Shown here in pieces: positions 1-7,212 of a stretch of 64,000 bases of DNA (the first letter of the stretch is position 1; every line of letters starts with the position of its first letter). The notes under the pieces are model-generated. The model made no database searches, had not been told where the DNA came from, and saw only the letters and a list, made by a program, of their open reading frames with translations. The translations under genes and the position numbers were made by a program. Location of the stretch: the NCBI GenBank assembly GCA_027488845.1, contig JAIYBC010000055.1, forward strand, positions 43,191-107,190, written 5' to 3'. This DNA comes from Verrucomicrobiales bacterium (GTDB taxonomy: Bacteria; Verrucomicrobiota; Verrucomicrobiia; Limisphaerales; UBA9464).

Positions 1-264
1 CTCAACCTCATGCCGGTCCTCTACCTGGCCAGCGCCTGGTGGCTCTCGTCGCTCACGCCGCCGTCCCCCCAGATGGATCCGACCCAGCAGAAGATCATGA
101 AGTACATGCCGGTCTTCTTCGGATTCATGTTCTACAGCTATTCCGCCGGCCTGACGCTGTACTGGACGACCCAGAACCTCATGTCCATCCTCCAGACCAA
201 GATCACCAAGGCGGGCGAGAAGGGCGACAAGGTCGTTCCCGTGCTGCCTGTCCGACGCAAGTGA
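1..264 (+). CDS. yidC: YidC/Oxa1-type membrane protein insertase, C-terminal end (5' part lies outside the window)
   Basis: The frame-1 reading frame runs off the left edge. The tail QQKIMKYMPVFFGFMFYSYSAGLTLYWTTQNLMSILQTK matches the conserved C-terminal TM region of YidC. It is followed directly by jag, the canonical neighbour. Confidence 0.8.
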   Translation, partial: LNLMPVLYLASAWWLSSLTPPSPQMDPTQQKIMKYMPVFFGFMFYSYSAGLTLYWTTQNLMSILQTKITKAGEKGDKVVPVLPVRRK

Positions 265-281
265 TCCGGCTCTCCCCTTTC

Positions 282-749
282 ATGCCCATGAACGCCAAAG
301 ACACCCTGGTCGAGATGCTCAAGCACCTCGGCTTCGAGGCCACGGTCACCGAGCAGGAGTACGACGACATGCTCCTGCTGGACATCCAGACCGAGGATTC
401 CGCCCGTCTGATCGGCCGGCAGGGTCAGACCCTCAGCGAGCTGCAGTACCTGCTGAACCGCATCCTGCACAAGGGTGACGACTCCGTTCCCCGCGTCATG
501 CTCGACGTCGGCGGCTACCGCCGTCAGGCCCGCGAGCAGTTGGCCAAGCGTGCCGTGGAACTCGCCGACAAGGTCCGCCGGTTCGGTGACATCATGGAGC
601 TCGAGCCGATGAACGCCTACGAACGGCGCATCGTCCATCAGGCCCTCAAGACCGATCCCGACATCGAGACCCACAGCGTCGAGGTCGACGGCAGCGACAA
701 GAAGGTCATCCTGCTCCGGCCGCGTCGGAACCAGCCCGCCGCCTCCTGA
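282..749 (+). CDS. jag: Jag/KhpB-type RNA-binding protein (Jag_N, KH-like, R3H)
   Basis: An internal ATG at 282 lies 18 nt after the yidC stop; the upstream part of ORF 39..749 overlaps yidC out of frame. The C-terminal R3H signature is LEPMNAYERRIVHQALK. The position after yidC is the conserved one. Confidence 0.8.
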   Translation: MPMNAKDTLVEMLKHLGFEATVTEQEYDDMLLLDIQTEDSARLIGRQGQTLSELQYLLNRILHKGDDSVPRVMLDVGGYRRQAREQLAKRAVELADKVRRFGDIMELEPMNAYERRIVHQALKTDPDIETHSVEVDGSDKKVILLRPRRNQPAAS

Positions 750-797
750 CGGGGCCGCGGATGGGACCACCGGTTCCCTTTGGATATCGGGTGAAAG

Positions 798-885
798 CCA
801 TCCGCAGATGACGCCGATGGCCGCAGATCCACAGGCGCACCGCATCAGGAGGAGATCTGCGTGAATCTGTGACATCTGCGGATGG
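798..885. repeat. Palindromic intergenic repeat element, copy 1
   Basis: It is bounded by a perfect 13-bp inverted repeat, ccatccgcagatg (798-810) and catctgcggatgg (873-885). A nested inverted repeat is cgcagatc (822-829) and gatctgcg (854-861). About 80 percent of positions are shared with copy 2. Confidence 0.7.
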
Positions 886-914
886 CTCTCCGGGGAGTCC
901 GCGGAAACCGTTCT

Positions 915-993
915 TCCGCAGATGATGCCGGTGGCCGCAGATCCAGGTTCTCATCGCATCAGGTGATCCATGCGGATCCGCGACATCTGCGGA
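915..993. repeat. Palindromic intergenic repeat element, copy 2
   Basis: The ends are tccgcagatg (915-924) and catctgcgga (984-993). The internal sequence gatgccggtggccgcagatcca...tcgcatcagg is collinear with copy 1. Confidence 0.7.
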
Positions 994-1208
994 CCATGGA
1001 AGCCAAGGAATCCGGTAGAGGTCGTACTCCGAATCTGCCGTTCCGATGAACGCGCGGTGACATTCTTCTTCTCCCCATGGATTTCGGCCGAATCCGGGGT
1101 TGAACCACGGTCGAAGACATTGACCGGATGACGGTGGCTGGACATTTGAGAGACCTGAACCGGAGGTCCCCCATCGTATCCGTGAAGATCCACATCAAGT
1201 TCCGGCGG

Positions 1209-1958
1209 ATGGTCGGCTCCGGATCCCGCTGCCGTCGGGCCTTCACACTGATCGAACTGCTGGTGGTGATCGCCATCATCGTGATCCTCGCCGGCATGCT
1301 CCTGCCGGCGCTGGGGCGGGCCAAGGAACAGGCCAGGCGATCCGAATGCCTGAACAACCTCCGGCAACTGGGCATCGCCATGACGATCTATGCCGACGAC
1401 CACAAGGGGACCCTGTTGCAGGCCCGCGGAGGGGCGGTGCAGATCGCGCTGAATCCACCGGAACGGTTGGCGGCGGCCACGGTGGGGTTGGCCATCCAGA
1501 CCAACTCCCAGGCTTCGACGATCTGGTCCTGTCCCACGCGGCCGTGATTTCCGACCTTCGAGGCGGACTTCGACCAGTGGATCATCGGGTACCAGTACCT
1601 GGGCGGCACCGAGACCTGGATCAATCCCGCCGGCAGCTTCCCGTCGCGCAGTCCGGTGAAGTCGACCACCGCCCAGCCGGGCTGGGTGTTGGCGGCGGAC
1701 GCGGTGATGAAGGTCGACAACCAGTGGGGCGGGGGACGCGACAGTGCCTTCAAGGGCATGCCGGGTCACAGGAACGGACGGCTGCCGGCCGGCGGAAACC
1801 AGCTCTACATGGACGGCTCCGCCAGTTGGGTGCGCTTCGAGAAGCTGCTGTTCCTCCACAGCTGGGATGCCGGCGGCAGCCGTGATTCCTACATCTACCA
1901 GGACGACGTCGGCGAACGGCTCCAGCTCCAACTGGCGAGACTCCGAAGCCGCTACTGA
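1209..1958 (+). pseudogene. Prepilin-type N-terminal cleavage/methylation domain protein (PVC-type pseudopilin-like) interrupted by one in-frame TGA at 1545..1547
   Basis: The N-terminus [47 protein letters not shown] is the class III signal/methylation motif. ORFs 1128..1547 and 1656..1958 are in the same frame. The codons between them read FPTFEADFDQWIIGYQYLGGTETW with no other stop. The C-terminal PAGGNQLYMDGSASWVRFEKL motif is typical of this family. Confidence 0.6.
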
Positions 1959-2130
1959 GCCGCAGGAATGTGCCCACGGGGCAGGACGCGGCCGGTTCGG
2001 GCCAACTCGGCCTTGGCAGCGGCCGGGTCGCGAGGCAAGGTTTTCGTCGACGGAACCGCGGGGGAGGGAAGGGAAGCTCCGGTGCAGAGCCGGACAACCA
2101 TGTCCCCACCGATGCGGTGCCGACCCCGGG

Positions 2131-2205
2131 GCCAGCTTAGCTCAGCGGCAGAGCAGCGGTTTTGTAAACCGTTGGTCGTCGGTTCAATCCCGACAGCTGG
2201 CTCCA
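2131..2205 (+). tRNA. tRNA-Thr (anticodon UGU), CCA encoded
   Basis: The cloverleaf was folded by hand. Acceptor is GCCAGCT/AGCTGGC and D stem is GCTC/GAGC. Anticodon stem is GCGGT/ACCGT with loop TTTGTAA. T arm is GTCGG-TTCAATC-CCGAC, followed by discriminator T and CCA. Confidence 0.9.
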
Positions 2206-2253
2206 ACTCCGACCCATTCCCTCCGGGAATGGCCACGGCCAGGGCGGGGCGTC

Positions 2254-2976
2254 CTATTCGGACTCCGACATCGTCTTGCCCCAGTGCTGCATGAAGAAGC
2301 GCTTCTCCGTCGGCAGGAGCGTCTCGGCGGTGCCCACGAGCGGACGCAGGGTGGTCATCATCTGCAGGGAAACGAGCAGGAACAGGGCGCACCAGACATG
2401 CAGCGCGGGATTGTTGCGTCCGGGCGCGCCGGGTAGTGCGCGTGTCAGCAGGCGGAATCCGAAGCCGCTCGCCACAAACCACAGCACGAGGTGGATGAAG
2501 CCCATCGCCGCGACCGATGAGGTCGACTGGGAGAAGATCCACGCGATCGGCGCGAGGCTGGCGAGGAGGACGACGTCGAGCGCCAACATTCCGGCCACCA
2601 CGCTGGAGAGGTCGCGGATGCGTATCTCCTGTCCTGTGAGGCAGGAGAACACATAGAGGCTCGGCAGGCACAGGATCGCGGAGAGGGACAGGCCGGCGGC
2701 GATCTTCAACGGGGCCGCCCACCACTGGACGCCGCCCGCGAAGCTGCCGACCACCAGTCCATAGAGGACCGCTCCGAGGAGGGCTGTCGCCAGAAGGGCA
2801 GTCATCAGCGATGAGCTTCCCGAACCCTCCAGGCTGCGTCCGAACCGCTCGGGCTGGCCGAGAAGCAGACGGAACCGGTCACCGATTCCCTCGGGACCGC
2901 TGTGGGACCCGGCGCCGGCAGGCGGCGGGTTGGGAGTGGCGTTCTGACCGCTCGGAGGCACGGGTGGCGGGGTCAT
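2254..2976 (-). CDS. Multi-pass membrane protein of unknown function (paralog-like to the upstream gene)
   Basis: The start at MTPPPVPPSG (2976) overlaps the upstream stop as ATGA. After a Pro/Gly-rich N-terminus there are 5-6 hydrophobic helices (LLATALLGAVLYGLVVGSF..., IAAGLSLSAILCLPSLYVF...). The architecture matches gene 2973..3722. Confidence 0.6.
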   Translation of the reverse strand: MTPPPVPPSGQNATPNPPPAGAGSHSGPEGIGDRFRLLLGQPERFGRSLEGSGSSSLMTALLATALLGAVLYGLVVGSFAGGVQWWAAPLKIAAGLSLSAILCLPSLYVFSCLTGQEIRIRDLSSVVAGMLALDVVLLASLAPIAWIFSQSTSSVAAMGFIHLVLWFVASGFGFRLLTRALPGAPGRNNPALHVWCALFLLVSLQMMTTLRPLVGTAETLLPTEKRFFMQHWGKTMSESE

Positions 2977-3722
2977 GGCGAATGGGGCGTTGTTTTGTCG
3001 TCGGATCGGAAGAGTCGCGAGGTGCTCAGGAAGAACGCCTCGAAGAAGTTCCCGCGGAGGGCGTCGTCGCGCAGGAACTGGACGGCCTGGTTGGGGCGGC
3101 CGAAGAACGGGCGCGCGATCCAGCTCAGTTGGGTGCCCATCACGAGGTTGGCGGCGAGCCACGCGATGAGCAGGCGCCTCGCCGGGGCCGGTGATCCCGC
3201 GAGTGAAGTCAGCACGCGCAGCAGGTGCAGGTTGGCGACGATCCCGGCGAAGGCGATCAGCACCGACTGCGATACCAGGATGGTGGCGTAGGCGTCCTGC
3301 GTCGCGTTCCAGCCCGAATCCGGTCCCGGCAGGTTCCAGACGAGGAACAGCGTCAGCGGACTGAACGCGGCCAGGATGGCGGAGAGCAGGTTGAAGCTCA
3401 GGAGCACCGAGGCGAGGGATTCACGCCAACCGATCTGGATCCCCAACAACGGCGCGAGCAGGGCGTTGAAGAACGAGTTGCCCACCGCGGTGAGCAGGAG
3501 GATCAGGGGGAACTTGATCCCGTTGAAGACGGCCTGCATCGGCGCCCGCCACGTTCCCAACGCGGCGCCGTAGAGCCCGGCGCCGACGCCGATCCATAGC
3601 AGGCTGGTCAGTAGCCAGACCTTCGGGCCGGCAGCCATCCATTGCCTTGCCGCGGCCGGATCCCCGCCCAGGAGCCGGGGAAGCCGCCCGAGATGCTCGG
3701 CAAGGCTGGTTGGCGGGTTCAT
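2973..3722 (-). CDS. Multi-pass membrane protein of unknown function
   Basis: The start at MNPPTSLAEH (3722) lies 29 nt downstream of the ispH stop. The N-terminal 168 codons of ORF 2973..4226 overlap ispH antisense-frame and are Arg/Ser/Pro junk. Helices include VWLLTSLLWIGVGAGLYGAALG and FPLILLLTAVGNSFFNALLAPLL. Confidence 0.65.
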   Translation of the reverse strand: MNPPTSLAEHLGRLPRLLGGDPAAARQWMAAGPKVWLLTSLLWIGVGAGLYGAALGTWRAPMQAVFNGIKFPLILLLTAVGNSFFNALLAPLLGIQIGWRESLASVLLSFNLLSAILAAFSPLTLFLVWNLPGPDSGWNATQDAYATILVSQSVLIAFAGIVANLHLLRVLTSLAGSPAPARRLLIAWLAANLVMGTQLSWIARPFFGRPNQAVQFLRDDALRGNFFEAFFLSTSRLFRSDDKTTPHSP

Positions 3723-3750
3723 GGAGCCGACGTCCGGTGTGTGGCTGGCC

Positions 3751-4629
3751 TCAGGCGGCCTTGCGATGCATTCCCACCGCGGCGGGCATCGCATTTGCGG
3801 AATGTTCTCGGACCGCATTCTCCACCGCCTGGATGGCGGAGTCCGGAGTCGATGTGCCCGCGGTGATGCCGACCGTGTCGGTTTCGAGGAACCAGGCCGG
3901 ATCGATCTCGGAGGCGTCCAAGACGACGTGCACCCGGGAGCATGTCTTCCGGCAGGTGTCGGCGAGACGGCGGGTGTTGTTGCTGTGTGGACCGCCGACC
4001 ACGACCACCACATCGCATCGTTGAGCGAGGTCTTCCGCGGCCTTCTGGCGGTCCTTGGTCGGTTGGCAGACCGTGTCGGTGAAGCGGACCTCGCTGTCCG
4101 GGAAGCGTCGACGGATCCTTTCCACCAGGAGACGGACCCAGGCGATGGGCTGGGTGGTCTGCGCCACCACCCCGAAACGATCCCGGCGGGGCAGGGCGTC
4201 GACGTCTTCCTCCGAGAGCACGACATCGCAGCCCGGGTGGTCCTCGGTCAGTCCTCGGACCTCGACGTGGTTGGCCTGGCCGACCACGACGGGGTGGAAA
4301 CCGGCCGCGACCAGGCGGTCCAGGGCCTGGTGGGCGCGATGGACCAGCGGGCAGGTGGCCTCGGTGACTTGGAAACCCCGATCCCGGAGCGATTGGATCC
4401 GGCGTCCGGAGGCGCCATGGGCGGTGATGATGACCTCGGGTGTGGTGACGTCGCCCGGATCGTGTCGGGTGAGGACTCCCTGTTCCTTCAACCGGTCCAA
4501 CACGGTTTCGTTGTGCACCAGTTCCCCCAGGACCGTCACCGGTCCGTCACCGGCCCTCCGGGCAGCCAGGTTGATGGCATCCCTCACGCCGAAACACATC
4601 CCCATCGATTCCGCCTTCAGGATTCTCAT
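3751..4629 (-). CDS. ispH: 4-hydroxy-3-methylbut-2-enyl diphosphate reductase
   Basis: Supporting motifs are MRILKAESMGMCFGVRDAI, ITAHGAS, ATCPLVHRAH, AQTTQ, DTVCQPTKDRQ and VVVVGGPHSNNTRRL, including the three cluster-ligand Cys. The start was chosen at MRIL (4629); the ORF allows 4680. Confidence 0.9.
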   Translation of the reverse strand: MRILKAESMGMCFGVRDAINLAARRAGDGPVTVLGELVHNETVLDRLKEQGVLTRHDPGDVTTPEVIITAHGASGRRIQSLRDRGFQVTEATCPLVHRAHQALDRLVAAGFHPVVVGQANHVEVRGLTEDHPGCDVVLSEEDVDALPRRDRFGVVAQTTQPIAWVRLLVERIRRRFPDSEVRFTDTVCQPTKDRQKAAEDLAQRCDVVVVVGGPHSNNTRRLADTCRKTCSRVHVVLDASEIDPAWFLETDTVGITAGTSTPDSAIQAVENAVREHSANAMPAAVGMHRKAA

Positions 4630-4688
4630 AAGCACTTTGTGATACAAAGCGGAGATGTCGGCAAGTCGGATCCTGTTCAAAGAACGGA

Positions 4689-4997
4689 TCAGGATTTTCG
4701 GGCTTCGCGGACGATGCGTTCGAGGAGGTCGATGTATTCGACGAAAGCCTTCCTGCCGGCCGGGGTGAGGGAGCAGGTGGTGAGGGGGCGGTTGTCCTTC
4801 TGGGATTTCGCGACGGCGAGGAAACCGGCCTCCTGGAGTGTGCGGAGGTGCGTGGTGAGGTTGCCGTCGGTCATGCCGAGCAGGCCCCGCAGCTCGGTGA
4901 AGGAGAGTTCCGGGGAGGCGGAGAGGGCGGAGACGATGGCGAGGCGTCCCCGTTCGTGGATGACCCGGTCGAGTTGGAGGAACGGCTCCGGGTTCAC
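4689..4997 (-). CDS. Winged-helix transcriptional regulator (ArsR/MarR-like)
   Basis: Only the last ~100 codons of ORF 4689..7226 look real: LDRVIHERGRLAIVSALSASPELSFTELRGLLGMTDGNLTTHLRTLQEAGFLAVAK. A GTG start at 4997 overlaps the upstream stop as GTGA. Confidence 0.7.
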   Translation of the reverse strand: MNPEPFLQLDRVIHERGRLAIVSALSASPELSFTELRGLLGMTDGNLTTHLRTLQEAGFLAVAKSQKDNRPLTTCSLTPAGRKAFVEYIDLLERIVREARKS

Positions 4998-5656
4998 GGA
5001 CTCGGCTTCGTTTCGGTGAGGTGGAGGTAGGCGCCGTAGGCGAGGTGGCCGAGGCCGAAGGTGAGCGTCATCAGGAGGTGGGCGGTCCGGATCGACGGTT
5101 CGACGAACTGCGGATTGGTGGCGGTGAGCGCGCTGAGGAGTCCGGCCACGACGAAGGCCCAACCGAAGAGCCGGATTCCCCGGACCATGAAGAATCCCGC
5201 CGAATGGAGGGCGCAGCCATAGAGCACGAGCCACAGCGGGGGGAGCGACACGGCGATCATGGAGCCTTCCGAGTGGATGTTGACCAGGGGGCCGACGACG
5301 GCGGCGCCGGCGAACACCGGGGGAAGCAGCGCCGAGGTGATCCTCCGGGTGGGAGGCGACCAGAACGGCTCCTGGGAGGCGAACGCCTGACGTCGGACCA
5401 GGGAGAACGCGGTCGCCACGCACAGGATGGCGATGGAGAGCCAGTAGAAGGCGAAGGCACGCGCGTTTTCGGGCACCCAGAAGAGTGCCGCGACGCCGCC
5501 GGCGGTCCCGAGGACGCCCACGGAAGTCATCACCGGCGCCAAGGCCCGGCGGTAGACCGCCGCCCGTTCCATGAGGGTCCGGATCGTGTTCAACTGCGCT
5601 TGTGCCGCGTTCTCGTCCACGGGGGATGACAGTCCGTCTCCCGGACACGCCGTCAA
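4994..5656 (-). CDS. Integral membrane protein of unknown function, translationally coupled to the wHTH regulator
   Basis: There are six predicted hydrophobic segments (VMTSVGVLGTAGGVAALFWV, FAFYWLSIAILCVATAFSLV, and others). The stop overlaps the regulator start codon. Confidence 0.6.
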   Translation of the reverse strand: MTACPGDGLSSPVDENAAQAQLNTIRTLMERAAVYRRALAPVMTSVGVLGTAGGVAALFWVPENARAFAFYWLSIAILCVATAFSLVRRQAFASQEPFWSPPTRRITSALLPPVFAGAAVVGPLVNIHSEGSMIAVSLPPLWLVLYGCALHSAGFFMVRGIRLFGWAFVVAGLLSALTATNPQFVEPSIRTAHLLMTLTFGLGHLAYGAYLHLTETKPSP

Positions 5657-5771
5657 TCACCGACTGGAAAACCCCTAGTGTCACCGGGTTTCCGCGGGAT
5701 TCGGACCTTGACGGGTTGGGTAGGCGATCCCTACCGTCCGCGACCGTAAGGATTTTTCCCGCCGGCAACTG

Positions 5772-5808
5772 GCCGGTACGCGAGAGTCGGTGAACAACCG
5801 GCTTTTTT
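5772..5808 (+). terminator. Weak terminator-like hairpin plus T6 in the nusA leader (possible attenuator)
   Basis: GCCGGT (5772-5777) pairs with ACCGGC (5797-5802) and is followed by TTTTTT (5803-5808). An alternative hairpin, ccggc (5762-5766) with gccgg (5772-5776), competes for the same left arm. It lies 33 nt upstream of the nusA ATG. Confidence 0.25.
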
Positions 5809-5840
5809 GTTACCCCGGTTTTCGGAGGCGAGTGACGACT

Positions 5841-7124
5841 ATGAATGCGGAAATCTTGGCTGTCGTGGAGTATTGGGAGCGGGAGAAGGGCATCGCAAAG
5901 GATGTCCTGCTCGGTGCCATCCAGGAGGCGTTGATGCAGGCCGCGAAGAAGGCGGTCGGCCCGGCGCGCGAACTCCGCGTGTCCATCGACGCCAAATCCG
6001 GCGACATCAAGGCCTGGGCCAAGCTCATGGTCGCCGACCGCGTCATCTCGAAGCACGACCAGATCAGCGTCTTCGACGCCCGCCGCGCCGGCTTCCCGGA
6101 GGCCAAGATGGGCGACGAGATCGAGGTCGAGGTCACGCCGACCGGCTTTGGACGGATCGCCGCCCAGTACGCCAAGCAGGCGTTGGCCGCCCAGCTTCGC
6201 AAGGCGGAGAAGGCCATGGTCTACGAGGAGTTCAAGGACCGCGTCGGCGACATCGTCAACGGCACCGTCCGGCGGTTTGAACGCTCCGACGTGATCATGG
6301 ACCTCGGCAAGTTCGAGGCGATCATGCCCAACCGGGAACGCGTCCCGACCGAGGAGTACCAGATCGGCGAACGGATCCGCTGCTACGTCAAGGCGGTCGA
6401 ACAGACCCCGCGCGGTCCCGAGATCATCCTCTCCCGCGCCGATCCCAATTTCGTCATCAAGCTGTTCAAGGTCGAGGTTTCCGAGATCGGGGACGGGACG
6501 ATCGAGATCAAGGGCATCGCCCGCGAACCCGGTTTCCGCACCAAGCTGGCGGTCTACTCCCGCGATTCGAAGGTGGACCCCGTCGGCGCGTGCGTCGGTC
6601 TTCGCGGCCAGCGCGTGAAGAACATCGTCCGCGAGCTGAACAACGAGAAGGTGGACATCATCCCGTGGTCTCCGGACATCCGGCGCTATGTGGAAAACGC
6701 CCTCGCCCCGGCCAAGCTGAAGACCTTCGAGGTCGACGAGGCCCGGAAGCGCGTGCTGGTCCACACGTCGACGGACCAGTTGTCCTTGGCCATCGGCAAG
6801 CGGGGCCAGAACGCGAGGCTGACTTCGCGCCTGACCGGCTGGAACATCGACATCGAGGCCGAGCAGTCGGTTCTGCCCGGTTTCGACCAGAAGGTGGCCG
6901 TGGCCGTGCGCGATTTCGCGTCCGTTCCCGGAATCACCGAGGCACAGGCCTTGATCCTGGTGACGACGGGTTTCCACAGCCTCGAAGACGTGATCCAGCA
7001 GGCTTCTGCCGAGGATCTGGCCGGAATGGACGGGATCGGCGAAGCCGCCGGGACCATCCTGGAGGCGATCCGCGGCGAGCTGGCGCGGAGGGCGGCCACC
7101 GGCGAGGTGCCGGCGGGGGCCTGA
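5841..7124 (+). CDS. nusA: Transcription termination/antitermination factor NusA
   Basis: The start is MNAEILAVVEYWEREKGIAKDVL. An S1 domain (GDIVNGTVRRFERSDVIMDLG) and KH domains (RTKLAVYSRDSKVDPVGACVGLRGQRVKNIVREL, SLAIGKRGQNARLTSRLTGWNIDI) are present. It is followed by infB. Confidence 0.95.
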   Translation: MNAEILAVVEYWEREKGIAKDVLLGAIQEALMQAAKKAVGPARELRVSIDAKSGDIKAWAKLMVADRVISKHDQISVFDARRAGFPEAKMGDEIEVEVTPTGFGRIAAQYAKQALAAQLRKAEKAMVYEEFKDRVGDIVNGTVRRFERSDVIMDLGKFEAIMPNRERVPTEEYQIGERIRCYVKAVEQTPRGPEIILSRADPNFVIKLFKVEVSEIGDGTIEIKGIAREPGFRTKLAVYSRDSKVDPVGACVGLRGQRVKNIVRELNNEKVDIIPWSPDIRRYVENALAPAKLKTFEVDEARKRVLVHTSTDQLSLAIGKRGQNARLTSRLTGWNIDIEAEQSVLPGFDQKVAVAVRDFASVPGITEAQALILVTTGFHSLEDVIQQASAEDLAGMDGIGEAAGTILEAIRGELARRAATGEVPAGA

Positions 7125-7212
7125 TCGGGAATGGACCGCGGATGTTCCGCGGTCCACTGCGGTGTCGGCGACGCCCTGCGCGCCGGAAGTCGGGTTTGAA
7201 TCATCCATCAGT

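Noticed and set aside
1545-1610. Selenocysteine insertion at the in-frame TGA of the pseudopilin-like gene.
   Set aside because: No stable stem-loop at the right distance downstream of the TGA was found when reading the sequence. There is no Cys-x-x-Sec redox context, and this family is not a known selenoprotein family. It is kept only as a low-probability alternative in the corresponding finding.
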